A DNA stretch of 58,138 nucleotides from Chiloscyllium plagiosum (Eukaryota): contig NC_057749.1 in NCBI RefSeq assembly GCF_004010195.1, positions 11,971,833 to 12,029,970 on the forward strand, in the 5' to 3' direction. The notes beneath the pieces are model-generated. The model was not told the origin of the DNA, ran no database searches, and was given only the letters and a program-made list of their open reading frames with translations. Shown in pieces: positions 39,011-53,326 of this stretch. Numbering within the stretch: position 1 is the first letter of the stretch; each line of letters opens with the position of its first letter. Position numbers and translations under genes: made by a program.

Positions 39011-40425
39011 GTCTATCCTGGTAGGGATCTACAGGGTCTGCTTGATCTAATGTGTTAAAAGAAAACTATTTGTAGATGAAAGAAGAGAAGCTTGACTGAA
39101 ACAGTATGTACATTATTGTATGATAAAGACAAAGTTGGTAGAATTCTAATGGACCATAGGGCTGCTCTCTCATTAGAGAGATGACAGGTAGTGGTTTAAG
39201 GGTCACCACATATGTTGACGGGAGAGTTTGAGAAGGACAGTCTTTCATGGTAATCTCTGTTTATGCTGGAATTGAAAATCACAAACCAGCCATCTAGCCA
39301 CCGATCTAACCAACACACCTGCAACACTACACAAGTTACAGTAATATAACAGACATCATAACAGAGACACCAAGGCAGATCCACTTCACCACTTTTACTC
39401 GGTCAAAGTCCTAAGTCCATATGACATAATTATTGTGGGTGTTGCTTAAAGCACTGCTCAGTACTAACCCTTTCAGACCTTTACACCCTGATACATTATC
39501 AGATCCCTACTTTGTTTACTGGGGATGTTGAGATCATTAGGGACCCTTGTCTTCTGACTTTCTACAGATTTCCGGTCAGAACTCTCTGAGGCTGCCCAGC
39601 TACGGCCTGGCTGCAATGCGGACAGTGGCACTGACCTTCTTTGATGTAGAAAAGTGAAAGTTTGGACAAAAACAACGACTGAGCAACTATTATGTTTTCA
39701 TAAGCAACCATTCCTGACCCTATCCCATGGTCCCAGTTCTCTATCTGTCATGCACACTTTGAAGATGAAGACACTGAGATGGCAACCACAGCAACAGCTG
39801 TTAATTTGGGATTGAATGTGGCCTCATTCCTTGGTGTACTACCTGAATGCCAGCTTCCTGGGCCTTAATTGGGTGGAAGATCCATTTCTCGAGTTGTTCA
39901 AACCCCAACCCAATGAAGATCATGCGAGAGGGTGAATTTGCAGCTGGGGCAGCTTCATGACCCAGAATCAAAACCTGCTTTTGATTCCCACCTCCAACTG
40001 GATAAGGAGCAACAGGACGTTACAAAGAGACATAAATAGATCAGATCAGATGAAGTTTAACATAGAGAAATATAAGCTCATCCAGTTTGGACTGAAGGAA
40101 GTCAAATTAAAATATTTTCTTAAAAGAAGAAAGAATTTCTTTATTTTGTTCAGTTCTCTGTTCAAAGGGAAGTCTGGGTAATAACATCACAATCTCTGCT
40201 ATGGGTACAGCTAGAAGGCAAGTCTCAATTCTATCCAGTTTATTGCCATTGGCACCAATCTGCTTCAAAACAACTCTCTAACCAAAACCCAGCCTCCACT
40301 GAACAGTGCTCTGATAAGGCTGAGTGGCTTCCACGGCCATTTTCAATAGCAGTTAAGAACAACCACGTTGCTGTGAATCTGAAGTCACATTTGGCCAGTA
40401 AGGCCAACATATTTCCTTTCCTAAA

Positions 40426-41135
40426 ACAAGGTCCTGAGGAGTATTGTGGAACAGAGGGACCTAGGAGTACAAGTACATAGTTCTTTGAAAGCAGCATCAT
40501 GGATAATCAGGGTGGTGAAGAAGGCATTAAGTATAGGAGGTAGGGCATTATATTACAGTTGTATAAGTCATTGGTGAGGCTGTACTTGGAGTATTTTGTA
40601 CTGTTTTGGTCACCCTATTATAGGAAAGACATTGTTAAACTGGAAAAAGAGCAAAGAAAATTTACGAGGATGTTGCCAGGACAAGTAGGCCTGAATTATA
40701 GGGAGAGGTTGGCCAGGATAGGACTTTATTCCTTGAAATGTAGGAGAAGGAGGGGTAACCTCATTGAGGTGTATAAAATCATGAGGAGCATTGGTAGGAT
40801 GAATGCATATAATCTTTTTCTCAGGTATGGGGAATTGAAAATTAGAAGGCATAGGTTTAAAGTGAGAGAGGAAAGATTTAAATACGACCTGAGAGGCAAC
40901 TTCTTCATGCAGAGAGTGGTGTGTATATAGAATGGGATGCCAGAGAAAGTGGATGAGGTAGGTACAATAGCAATATTTATAAAAAAACATTTGGATAGGT
41001 ACATGGATGGGAAAGGTTTAGAGGGATATGGACCAAATGCAAACAATTGGAACTAACTGACTGGGCACCATGGACCAACATGGACCGGTTTGAGCTGAAA
41101 GACCTGTTTCCATGCCGTTTAACTCTATGACTCTA
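40426..41135 (+). mobile_element. CR1 3' fragment
   Basis: ORF 40559..40930 and CTCTATGACTCT tail. Confidence 0.85.
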
Positions 41136-43874
41136 AGGATAATGGGAGGCAAGGCTTTCCATGTTTTTTTTCAATTCTGGATTGCTTGTCTCCATTTATA
41201 AAGCTGATTTTGCTATTTATTCTTTGAAAAGAGTAAAGCACCACTACACTCTCCCCATTACACACTCCCAGGACTGATACAGGATGGGTCAATACACCAG
41301 TCAGAAGAAACTTTCACCTCATCATTCTGTCCTGGACATTAAGCCTGATTCAGTGTAAATGTTCCTGCAACCTTAAAAGTGTGTTCAATTAGATCAGTTG
41401 GCTGGACAGCTATTTTTCAATTCTCATTCCTGATGAAGGGCTCTGGCCCGAAACATCAATGCTCCTGCTCCTTGGATGCTGCCTGACCTGCTGTGCTTTT
41501 CCAGCAACACACTCTCAGCAGTGTTTCAATGCAGAGTGTTGCTAACCATATGGGTTCAATTCCTGCACTGGCTAAAGGAGTCAAACTCTCTCCTCACCTC
41601 AGTGTGCTTGCTCAACAATCATCTTATTTTGAAAATTTGATTGAGGAATTGATTGAGTGTGAGCCAACAAGCCCTGCATGTTACCAGATATATAACCTGA
41701 CTGCATGGGATATGCACTTGTCATAACGGATTAGTGCTATTTAATTATGTTAACGCAATATTTAATTGATTAAAAACAATGGCTTTAATCCCTCTGGAAT
41801 GGGGTCATTGAGTTGATAAATATTTGGGAATGAAAGCCAGAATTTGAATTGTTTAGTTTCCAAGAGCCAGGGTACCAGATCCATTCTCCCACAGGCGTAC
41901 TGTGTGGCTGCACTATATGTTAGGGCATTTATTCCCAACTCTTTCAACAACTCAGCACACTTCAGTGAGACAAACAATTCCATAGTACACCCACTTTTTC
42001 AGCCAAATTAATTGCCCATTACTTAAATTTATAATAGTTATTGTCTTACTGGAGAGGTTTGCAACATAGTGCATACACAAGATACAGGAGAATCAAAAGC
42101 TCTGAAAAAATACACCATCTTCAACTATGAGCACCAAAACATTATTAATGTCTGCTCAATTCAACTATTTTTAACTATTTACAGACTTTAATCTGTTCCA
42201 CATGTTGCAGTCAGTTCCGAGTTTAACTTTTGCAGAAGACATTTCATTTTTGTAACACTTTGTTTAAAAGAATATTTTTTATGAAGTAAGTGAATCGATA
42301 CCTAATTGAAACTCAATGGATCAGAGCAAAACACAAAGTGGAGAAAATTGCAATTTACCTGGTTAGTGGGAGGCCTGGGTTTGCCAGTGTGTGCAGTCTG
42401 TTGATCCTGGGAGGAATTGATGAAACGGCCACCTACAAATCTTGCTCCATTGACAAGCTCTCCCTCCTGTTGTTTTCATGCACTCTCTAGTATTGGAAAC
42501 ACTAGCTCACTGAGATATGATTTCAGAAACAGCAAGAATACAGTAATAGCACAGTCAGAGATCATTGGATATTTATGTACTGCAGTCCAAACTTCGAGGT
42601 TTTGAATTATAATTTTGGTTGGACAGAATATTGTTGAAGATGAAACAATGTTTGATTACATTTGTTTTTCTTTACTTTAGTACAAAATTTCATGGCATAC
42701 TTGGACAGTTCTCACACCACACTGCTGTGGTACACTGGTTGAAGACCACCATTAAACTGTACAGGATAGAGTCAGCAGCATCCTCTGGTTAGTAAAATGA
42801 CACTTTTACACCTATAAAAATAACTAATGGCCAAAGTTTTGAAATAACTATAATCTCCTTAATCCAAAAGCCCTTGGAAGAAATAATTTTGGAATTTTTT
42901 GGATTATAATGCAATGACGCATTATTAACAATGATAAAATTATGTTTTATGTACCAAATGTTGCATCTTCCAAGTTTCTGTTCCCAAAGTACTATACTGA
43001 AATAATGCTACAATTGTGGGCAATTAGTGTTTCCTACCTGGAGAGGTTGTTGTGTATTATGTAAATGGGAAAAGGGGCAGGGATAGAAATCACAGGCTGT
43101 TCCTGGTCTGAGTCCCTGCCATGGCAACCTCCCACCCACCTCCTCCTGCCCCCACCCTGACGCCTCCCTCTTGAGCACAGAGGCTTAACCTCAGACTCAA
43201 CGACAGGGCCCTAGCCATGATTGCATGGAGAATGTGAAACTCTCTCAGACGATCACTGTTGATATCTTGCAATATTTGGCACCTTTCTTAGAGCATGGAC
43301 CTGGTTAAAGGAGGTTTGAGATAGTTCACTGGCACCAATCCTCGTTTTTTTTACCTATTGTATAGAGGATACAACACTTATAGCATCTACAGAATAGACC
43401 TTTTACCCAGAAAATAAGGTTTAGTGTAAGACAGCAATATATCCTTCCAAATCCACTACCACATCTACCTAGTAGGACAAGGGCAGCTGATACATGGGAA
43501 CACCATCAACTGCAAGTTCTTCTTCAAGCCACTTACCATCCTGATGTGGAAATGTATCGCTGTTACTTCAGTGTCACTGAAAAGTCAAAATTCCAGAAAT
43601 CATTCCCACTTAGCACTGGGGGTGTACTTCAACACACCGTCTGTACTGATTCAAGATGGTAGCTCATCACCACCTTAAGGGAAATTAGGGATGGGTAATA
43701 AAAGCCTTGGTAGCAATGCCCACATCCTGTGAATGAATTACAAAAAGTACAACAACATTTGATCAGACTAATGACCATGGCCTTATTGGTTGGTGTAGAT
43801 ACATTTGCTCCCTCCAAAAGCTGATTTAGAACTCCTGACTCCAACCGTAGACTATTGGATCAGGCGCTGACCAT

Positions 43875-44372
43875 CATAGAACATTACAGCTCAGTACAGG
43901 CCCTTCAGCCCTCAATATTGCACTAACGTAAAACCAATCTGAAGCCTATCTAACCTACACAATTCCATTATCATCCATATGTTTATCCAATAACCATTTA
44001 AATTCCCTAAACGTTGACGAGTCTACTATTATTGCAGGCAGGGCGATCCACGCCCTTACTATTCATTGAATAAAGAAACTACCTCTGACCTCTGTCTTAT
44101 TTCTATCACCCCTTAATCTAAAGCTATATCTCCTCATGCTAGCCATCACCATCCAAGGAAAAAGGCTCTCACTGTCCACCCTATCTAATCCTCTGATCAT
44201 CTTGTATGTCTCTATTAAGTCACCTCTTAACCTTCTCTCTAATGAAAACAGCCTCAAGTCCCTCAGCCTTTCCTCCTAAGACCTTCTCTTCATACTAGGC
44301 AACATCCTGGTTAATCTCCTCTGCACCATTTCCAATACTTCTACATCCTTCCTATAATGCAGCAACCAGAAC
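43875..44372 (-). mobile_element. CR1 3' fragment
   Basis: ORF 44063..44257, LFSLERRLRGDLIETYK. Confidence 0.85.
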
Positions 44373-46903
44373 TTATAATATTACCGGGATCAGTGAAAGG
44401 TAAGGCTGTGAGAAACGTTTCTTTACTCTGATCATCAATGTACTGACTCAGGAAGCCCGATTGGAAAGGAACATCATTTATGGTTGAACACCAAAATAGA
44501 GCCACTGCTCGTAGCGTACATCAGCTCGTTCCAGTTTGGGATTGAAAGTTCTACTTCATAAAGGGCTCAGATGATGAGTCCCGACTGGCAGGCCATTTCC
44601 TGTTACCAAGGGAACTTGTAGTCAATGAGCTCCACGGGCAGATTTATTAGTGATTCTCTGTGGGCCCTGCACAGCTTATCTCCAGACCTCATCCTGAGCT
44701 TACTATGAAAATACAATCAACATGCAGTTAGCAGCCATTGATTTTTGGTTAAATGTAGATATAGAACAGATGTCAATGTGAAATTATGTAATTTTAAATT
44801 TGACATTTGCCTCCAAATGCTCTGGTATTTTGGCAAAATAACTCAAGATTATAAAACTCAGGCTACTTTTTTTGAATAACAATCTTTTTATTCTGTAAAT
44901 CCTTGAACCATCACTGCTTCTGGCTAGGCCCACCTCATGCTCACCAAACTGAGCTATTGACAGTTTCTAGAAGGAAATGATGTGCACATGATTTCCCAGC
45001 TTTTGGTGATGGAATGGTATGAATGAGAAGGCTTGAGGGTTGGTCAAGGAAAATCTCTGTCCCAGCCACTGGTCAAAACCTCATGGCCAGACTCCTGGCC
45101 CCTGCTCATTGTGTATCCAGTACGGCACAAACTGAACATTTGCACATGTGGAATTCAGCCTGACTTTGCAGGTAAGAGGATTAGGATAAAGTTGTTTTAA
45201 GCCCCAAACATCTATTGGCAGAGGGCAGCTGTTGTATATGTGCTGCATTCCAGAAACTCATACACAGCTGGAACTTAGGGAACTGAATACCACAACTCAG
45301 GAACAACACACACCCCAGAATTCTCTTACCTCGAGGAAAGAATCTATTCCAACTTGGTGAACGATTCAGAACCACACTCCCATACTCCTACATTCCACTC
45401 TCCAACACCACAAACTCCCACCCTATCTCCTAACTCACCTCATTCCAACCCCAACATCACCTCAACCCATTCAACCCTTTCCCCACCCCTCTTCTACACC
45501 ACTACATTCCCCACCCTCAACTTCATACCACCCCCACTTCAATCCCCACCCATCCCAGAAAGGGCGATGGTGGGGAGGGGGTAGAGAATATAAGAAAAAT
45601 GGAGACTGCCACTGAACTAATTTTGCATTGAGATTGTGATATTAGTCTGGATCCTGTTGGCTCTTATTTCTCTAAACAGTCTGCACTGGGGTGTCAGCTA
45701 AAGTTTTGGGCTCAAGTCTCAGGAGGTTAGCCCAGAATCTTTCCCCACAAATGTGAGACCACCTAACAAGCCCTGAGGAAACAAGCAGAAGCAGGAACAT
45801 CAGTAATAAAAATAAAAACAGAAATTACTGGAAAAATTCAGCAGGTCTGGCAGCATCTGTGGAGAGGAACATCAATAGATGATTTCTCCTTCTTTCTTGT
45901 CCTGGGAGCACTGGGGTTAACTATACCATCCCACACCACAAACAAAAGTCATATTTGCCCATCCTGCACAAAACAAGGCTGAAAGTTAGGGCCCCTTGAG
46001 TGTGTACATCTACTAAGCTTTCAGCAAGATATGGGAACTGAAAAAGATGGGGGTTCTAAAAGAACCATTTACAAAAGAATCATTCTGTTCAGCCAGCGAC
46101 ACAACTTCTCCCAATCAGCAAGGGCTCCAAGACAGTCCTTCACAAAACATCCTGTCACTTTTCAGCTTTCCCTATAATTTAGATTCTATTTAAATCTCTT
46201 ACTTGTCTGTTCAGAGATTATCAGAGATGGGATGTGTACCTTGTCAGATGTAGCTGAACAACAAAGGCTCTGGCATCTGCTCCAAGCCTTGATGCATGGG
46301 GTTAATGAACTCGAGCCTTTGGGAGGTCTGTATTCTTGGCTCCTGGGTCAGATTCTACCCATTGAAAACTGCAGAATCATACCCTTGCTGCCCAGAAATT
46401 GCATGCCACTCCACATCCTTAAAGCTGTGAGTGGTGGACAGGGTGTTACAGTCAGCACTGAGGGAAAACACTTCTTGATCTAATCTGTGGTCAGACGCAA
46501 TAATGAATAACAACTTTACAGCCACTAACTCTGAACAGAATCAGTGGATACCAAACCAGTTCACCCTCCTCATTACAAATAGAATAGTTAAATTATAATC
46601 AATGTATTCTTCCTTGCTTTATTGAATTTCCTTTGTGCTCAACATTGCCCACTAATTTCCCAGAGAGGAGAATCCTTACTGAGAAACGGGATTGCCCAGA
46701 CACTTGATTTCCATTCATACCTTATGTCTGTCACAATTCCACAAGTGTGAACTTAAATATTAGGAATCAGTAGCAGATTCCACATCTAGCTCAAAATTGT
46801 GCTCCTTCTATGTCCATAGAGTTAAAAATCACATAACACCAGGTTATAGTCCAACAGGTTTATTTGGAAGTATTAGCTTTCGGACCGCTGCTCTTTCATC
46901 AGG

Positions 46904-47744
46904 TAGACAATAGACAATAGGTGCAGGAGTAGGCCATTCTGCCCTTCGAGCCTGCACCACCATTCAATATGATCATGGCTGATCATCTTTAATCAGTATC
47001 CTGTTCCTGCCTTATCTCCATAACCCTTGATTCCACTATCCTTGACAGCTCTATCCAACTCTTTCTTAAATGAATCCAGAGACTGGGCCTCCACTGCCCT
47101 CTGGGGCAGAGCATTCCACACAGCCACCACTCTCTGGGTGAACAAGTTTCTCCTCATCTCTGTCCTAAATGATCTACCCCGTATTTTTAAGCTGTGTCCT
47201 CACCCATCAGCGGAAACATGTTTCCTGCCTCCAGAATGTCCAATCCNNNNNNNNNNNNNNNNNNNNNNNNNNNNNNNNNNNNNNNNNNNNNNNNNNTTTT
47301 TGCTTCTATACTCAATCCCTCTTGTTATGGAGGCCAGCATGCTATTAGCCTTCTTCACTACCTGCTGTACCTGCATGCTTACCTTCATTGACTGGTGTAC
47401 AAGAACACCCAGATCTCTCTGTACTGCCCCTTTACCTAAATTGATTCCATTTAGGTAGTAATCTGCCTTCCTGTTTTTGCCACTAAAGTGAATAACCATA
47501 CATTTATCCACATTAAACTGCATGTGCCATGCATCTGACCACTCACCTAACCTGTCCAGGTCACCCTGTAATCTCCTAACATCCTCCTCACATTTCACCC
47601 TGCCACCCAGATTAGTATCATCAGCAAATTTGCTAATGTTATTACTAATACCATCTTCTATATCATTAACATATATTGTAAAAAGCTGCGGTCCCAACAC
47701 TGATCCCTGCGGTACCCCACTGGCCACTGCCTGCCATTCCGAAA
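46904..47744 (-). mobile_element. CR1 3' fragment spanning an assembly gap
   Basis: [11 protein letters not shown] and KFADDTNLGG. Confidence 0.88.
47247..47296. other. Assembly gap (50 N)
   Basis: Run of n. Confidence 1.
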
Positions 47745-49547
47745 TGGAGTGTAAACTCTTCCGTACTGAATGTGCAATTTAAGACTAGTAGGGTGGTAAT
47801 TGAACAGGTTGAATCTATCATTTGTGCAGATAGGCCATCCCTGGGCAATTATTCACATTGTAGGTAGATGCTAATGTTGTAACTGTACTGGTTCAGTTTG
47901 GTGAGGGTGTGGCTAGTCCTGTAACACATACCTTCAGCACTACTGCTGGAGTGTTCTCAGGATCACCAGCTTTGCAGAGTCCAGTGACTTCCGCCATTTG
48001 TTGATATCATATAGAGAGAATCAAATTAGCTCAAGGCTGGGATCTGTGATGCTGGGCATCTAAGGAAGTGGCACATCAGATAGGAAATGCTTCAGCCACT
48101 CTTTTGCACTAATTTGCTGGGCTCCCCATCATCAAGAATAAGGATATCTATGAAGCCTCCCCTTACAGAGAGCCATTTAATTGTCCACCACCATTCACCA
48201 CTCAATGTGGCAAGACTTTGGACTTTAGAGGTTTGATTTGTTTGATGCAGCTTCTACTGTGTTGTAGAGACACCACGCTGAAGCCTCATTTTTAGCTATG
48301 CTTGGTGCTCGCACAATCAATGTGAAAAAGAACCCTCAAACCACCCACATAGAGCAACAACCGAGAAACTGGAAACAACATTTAATACGAACAAGGGTTG
48401 TGGTACAGTGTTGTCATAGTAACTGATGCTGGTTACTGTGATCAATGCAGCTGGAATTGCAAAAGACGTGTAAACACAGCATTCACACTGACAGTGTCAA
48501 AATTATACCAACACAGTAAACAACACCCACACCAATTCTTAGCATGAGAAACATGAGTTGGTATCAAGAAACTGTGCAAGGCACTTGAGGGAAGAGAAGA
48601 GCTTGGCTTTTAAAAACCTATATGAAAGAGGAACAACAATGTGTTTCTATGGTCTTAAGATCCCAGGAAAGTGTTTTGAGTGGAAGCAGTGTGATAGTAA
48701 ATAGAAGTACAAATAACTGTCTCTGGTCACTCATTATGTGTGGTTTTTAACCTAAAAATGATGGATCTCTGTCACTGAACTCCAGCTTTCCAACACAGAA
48801 CATATACTATAGGCCCAAATCCAGGGGACTCTAAGTTGGAGCTTCCTGCTTTAACAGTAATTGATGGTGTGAAACTAGTGATGGGCTAACATGATGAGAC
48901 AGAATTCAAGGCATGACACAAAATAGCCACTACTTTGAGTATGTTTTAACTAAGGATCTGCACATGAGTTAGTAAGTGAAGCAAAACCAGAGAATCAGAG
49001 TGTGTGGCCCAGGAAGGATAACAGATAATTACATACACACAACTGGCATGCACATATAAATATATACAGATAGCAATGATCAGTGATTACTGTGATAAAG
49101 GGCACAGACAGACCATTACTCAAGACTAGGAATTTGATCTAAACATTAAGATCATAGTCAAAATTAAGTTAAAAATCACACAACAGGTTATAGTCCAACC
49201 TATTGGACTATAACCTGATGTTGTGTGATTTTTAATTTTGTCCACCCCAGTCCAACACCGGCACCTCCACTTTGTAGTCAGGATTGGTTAAGTACCCACC
49301 AGACAGTAAACCCAAGTATTCACAAGATGGCAGTGATGAGCCAAATTCTCCATTAACTCAAAAGAACTCCCTTTCCTATACACCAACTATATCTATGGAC
49401 AACAACAACCCTGCACTTATATAGCACTTTTAATGTTGTGAACCCCTTCACAAGAGACTATCAAGCAAATCTCGACAGGAGATTATAAGTAAAATTACCA
49501 AAATATTGATCAAAAAGGTACATTTTGAGGAGTGACTTAAATAATGA

Positions 49548-52050
49548 GGTTAAAAATCACACAACACCAGGTTATGGTCCAACAGATTTATTTGGAAACA
49601 CTAGCTTTTGAAGCACTGCTTCTTCATCAGGAGGTGGTGGAGAATAAGATAATAAGACACTGAATTTATAGCCAAATGAGTACAGTGTCATGGAGATGTG
49701 ATGGTAGATTAAACAATTTTAGATCAAGTTTTTCTTTTTTATAATGGGATGTGTTGGTTTCTGTTCTTTGATATGTAAATCTCAGAACTTCTTTTAAATT
49801 ACATTTTCAAGAAAGGTCTATCTTTTCTAACAATAAGTGCTATCTCAGCTCAGACAATGCATTAAGGTGTGAGGTCTGTCTGTGTCCCAATGTTGAGTTA
49901 GACTGGTTCTATTTCTAAAGTGGGATTTGCAGAGTTTTCCATGGATTCATGCAGTCTTTGAGCAAAATATAATGTAATTCTGCAAAAACAAATTCACCCC
50001 ATAAACTTATATGTGTGCATGTGTAGGAGAGACAGAGCAAGTGTGTGCTTATGAGTGCAAGTCCATGTGATAGAATGTGTGTGTGTAGGCTTGGTTAAGT
50101 TTGATGGGGTATATGCCGATGAGAGGGTGTGCACGTGGATGTGAGTGCAGTGGGTGTATGTGTGCGTATGTGAGCGAGCTTGTGTATGACAGAGTGTCTG
50201 TGTGGGTGTGTGAGTATGTAGGAGTGTGTGTGTGTGAGAGAGAGAATGTATAATACAGTGGGGTCACCTGTAGTATGACATGAATTCAAAGTCCTGATTG
50301 AGGCCATTCCCATGGGTACCGAACTTTGCTATCAGCTTCTGCTCAGACACTCTTGTGTTGTTACTTGTCCTGATGTCCACCTTGGAGGATGGTCACCCGA
50401 AGGTCCGAGGCCGAATGGCCTGGCCCACTGAAGTGTTCCCCGACTGGGAGGGTACACTCCTGCCTGGTGATTGTTGCGCGGTGTAAGTTCATCCACTGTC
50501 GTAACATCTGCCTGGTCTCACTAATTTACCATGCCTCAGGGCATCTTTGCCTGCAGTGCATGACATAGACAATGCTTGCTGAGTCTTTGCAGCCTACAAC
50601 ACATTATCAATGAGGATGAGCACCTCACCAGACCTTTCCCACGCTTCCACTTCTCACCTTTAAACAACCATCAAACCTTAAACAGATCATTGTTCGCAGC
50701 AAACTGCCCAGTCTTCAGGACAACAACACTGTCACCTCCCATCATGTATGCCACCAGCACTCATGTGACTTGGCCAATATTGTCTATCTCATACACTGCA
50801 GGTAAGGATGCCCTGAGGCATGGTATATTGGTGAGACCGAGCGGACGTTATGACAATAGGTGATTGGACACCGCCCAACAATCACCAGGCAGGGGTGTTC
50901 CCTCCCAGTCGGGGAACACTTCAGCTGTCCGGGCCATTCGGCCTCGGACTTTCGGGTGAACACCTTCCAAGGCGGACTCTGAGATAAGCAACAATGCAGA
51001 GTGGCTGAGCAGAAGCTGATAGCCATGTTTGGTACCCATGGGAATGGCCTCAACCAGGACCTTGGGTTCATGTCACACTACAGGTGACCCCACTGCACTA
51101 TACATTCTCTTACACCCACACACCCATGCAAGCCCTCTCTCATACACAAGCACTCGCTCACATGCACACACATACAACTCCCGCACTCACACCCATGCAT
51201 GCACTTTCTCCCAGGTGTATTCCCATCACACTCATACACACATTTAAATTAAAAATCACACAACACCAGGTTATAGTCCAATAGGTTTACTTGGGAGCAC
51301 ACTAGCTTTCGGAGTGCAGTTCAACCACCTGATGAAGGACCGGTGCTCCGAAAGCTAGTGTGCTTCCAATTAAGCCTGTTGGACTATAACCTGGTGTTGT
51401 GTGATTTTTAACTTTGTCCACCCCAGTCTAACACCGGCATCTCCAAATCATGACACACATTTAACCAAGCCTACACACACACTCTATCACATGCACTCAC
51501 ACCCACACACACACTCACATGCACACACTCACTCTGTCTCTCTTAAACATGCACACATATAAGTTTATGGGTGAATTTGTTTTTGCAAAATTACATTATA
51601 TTTTGCTCAAAAACTGCATGAATTCGTGTAAAACTCTGCGAATCCCACTATATAGAAATAGAACCAGTCTAACTCAACATTGGGACACAGACAGACCTCA
51701 CACCTTAATGCATTGTCTGAGCTGAGATGGCACCTATTGTTAGAAAAGATAGACCTTTCTTGAAAATGTAATTTAAAAGAAGTTCTGAGATTTACATATC
51801 AAAGAACAGAAACCAACACATCCCATTCTAAAAGATGGAAGACTTGATCTAAAATTGTTTAATCTACCATCACATTCCCATGACACTGTACTCATTTGGC
51901 TATAAATTCAGTGTCTTATTATCTTATTCTCCACAACCACTTGATAAAGGAGCAGCGCTTCAAAAGCTATTGTTTCCAAATAAATCTGTCAGACTGTAAC
52001 CTGATGTTGTGTGATTTTTAACTTTGTCCACCCCAGTCTAACACCGGGTC
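49548..52050. mobile_element. ~2.5-kb inverted-repeat Penelope-like element with a degenerate GIY-YIG region in both arms
   Basis: 49548-50574 is the reverse complement of 50780-52050, apart from a nested insert at ~51247-51455. The right arm reads NIVYLIHC...WYIGET...VGEHF...GLNQDLG with stops. Confidence 0.88.
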
Positions 52051-52380
52051 CTTCAAGTCTTACATAATTAGGACAACGACAGGGAATTCCAGAATTTAGG
52101 GTCCAGACAGCTGGAGGTCTTACTACCAAAGATGCAGTGATTAAAAATGATGAGCAGGTGCCGGTATTGGACTGGGATGGACAAAGTTAAAAATCACACA
52201 GCAACATGTTATTGTCCAACAGGTTTATTTGTAAGTACAAGATTTTGAAGCGCTGTTCCTTCGTCAGGTAGCTCCTTTGTCACTAGCTACCTGACGAAGG
52301 AACAGCGCTCTGAAAGCTTGTACTTCAAAATAAGCCTGTTGGACTGTAACCTAGTGTTGTACAATTTTTAACTTTGCCCA

Positions 52381-52678
52381 TGCACGGTGGCACTGCTGCC
52401 TCACAGTGCCAGAGACCCGGGTTCCCGTCTCAGGCGACTGACTGTGGAGTTTGCACATTCTCCCCGTGTCTGCGTGGGTTTCCTCCAGGTGCTCCGGTTT
52501 CCTCCCACAGTCCAAAAATGTGCAGGTTAGGTGAATTGGCCATGCTAAATTGCCAGTAGTGTTGGGTGAAGGGATAAATGTAGGGGAATGGGTCTGGGTG
52601 GGTTGCGCTTCGGAGGGTCGGTGTGGACTTGTTGGGCTGAAGGACCTGTTTCCACACTGTAAGTAATCTAATCTATAA
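52381..52678 (+). mobile_element. HE1 SINE
   Basis: Same core and tail as 36471-36780. Confidence 0.88.
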
Positions 52679-53252
52679 AAAAAGATTAAAAATGCTAGAC
52701 TGAAAGAACATAAAAGATCCCAGAAGACTGTAGCTGATGACAGAGATTGGAATGAACAGTCCATTTTAATCAGCCTATTCAGAGATGGTACTGCATACCT
52801 CTGGGGCAGTGGAACCTGAACCAAAGCCTGCTAGCTCAGAGATATGGACACTACCAATGCACAACAGGAGCCCAGCCTCATGGAGTGATTTTAAAAATTA
52901 GGCGACTTTAAAATGGAGGCACTAACTGGAAGCCAGTGTTTGTAAGTGAGCACAGGGGTGATGGGGAATGGGTTTTCCAACATTAAGAAAGGGGCAGTTT
53001 TTGGGGGTGGGAGTGAAAAACTGGAACACAGCCGGGCGAGTCCTAGGATAATCAAGCCTGAGACAGGGCGGAGTGCGATTGAATGTTTCAGTGAGGGATC
53101 AGAGACGGATTTGAAGGCTATAAGGCTCGTGCTCCTGGCTCAGGTTGTTCCCTTGCCTGAGATGTATCTTTGGCTCATTTTGTTTTCTGACTCTGTGTCT
53201 GGAGGATGTTTCGGTGCTGATTGCGTGTGTGTCTCTGCTGTTGTACAAAAAC

Positions 53253-53326
53253 CCAATGACGCAGAAGGGCTATAAATAGCCCAGAACGAAATGTTCTCAA
53301 CTCAGTGAAAGGGTCAGAAAGGGCGA
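53253..53326 (+). promoter_or_regulatory. Candidate enhancer: CCAAT/CRE half-site, MEF2/TATA, GRE and DR4-like element
   Basis: TGACGCA 53257; CTATAAATAG 53270-53279; AGAACG-AAA-TGTTCT 53283-53297; GGGTCA-GAAA-GGGCGA 53311-53326. All in non-repetitive, locally CpG-rich DNA. Confidence 0.55.

Noticed and set aside
42359..42432. Exon-like AG...GT segment on the minus strand
   Set aside because: Poor polypyrimidine tract, no usable ATG and no recognisable homology.
46240..46416. 59-codon minus-strand stretch MWSGMQFLG...SDK|gtac, faintly like the TRPM3 alternative first exon (MPEPWGTVYFLG...)
   Set aside because: In-frame TGA at codon 23, very low similarity, and it lies upstream of the first coding exon rather than between exons 1 and 2.
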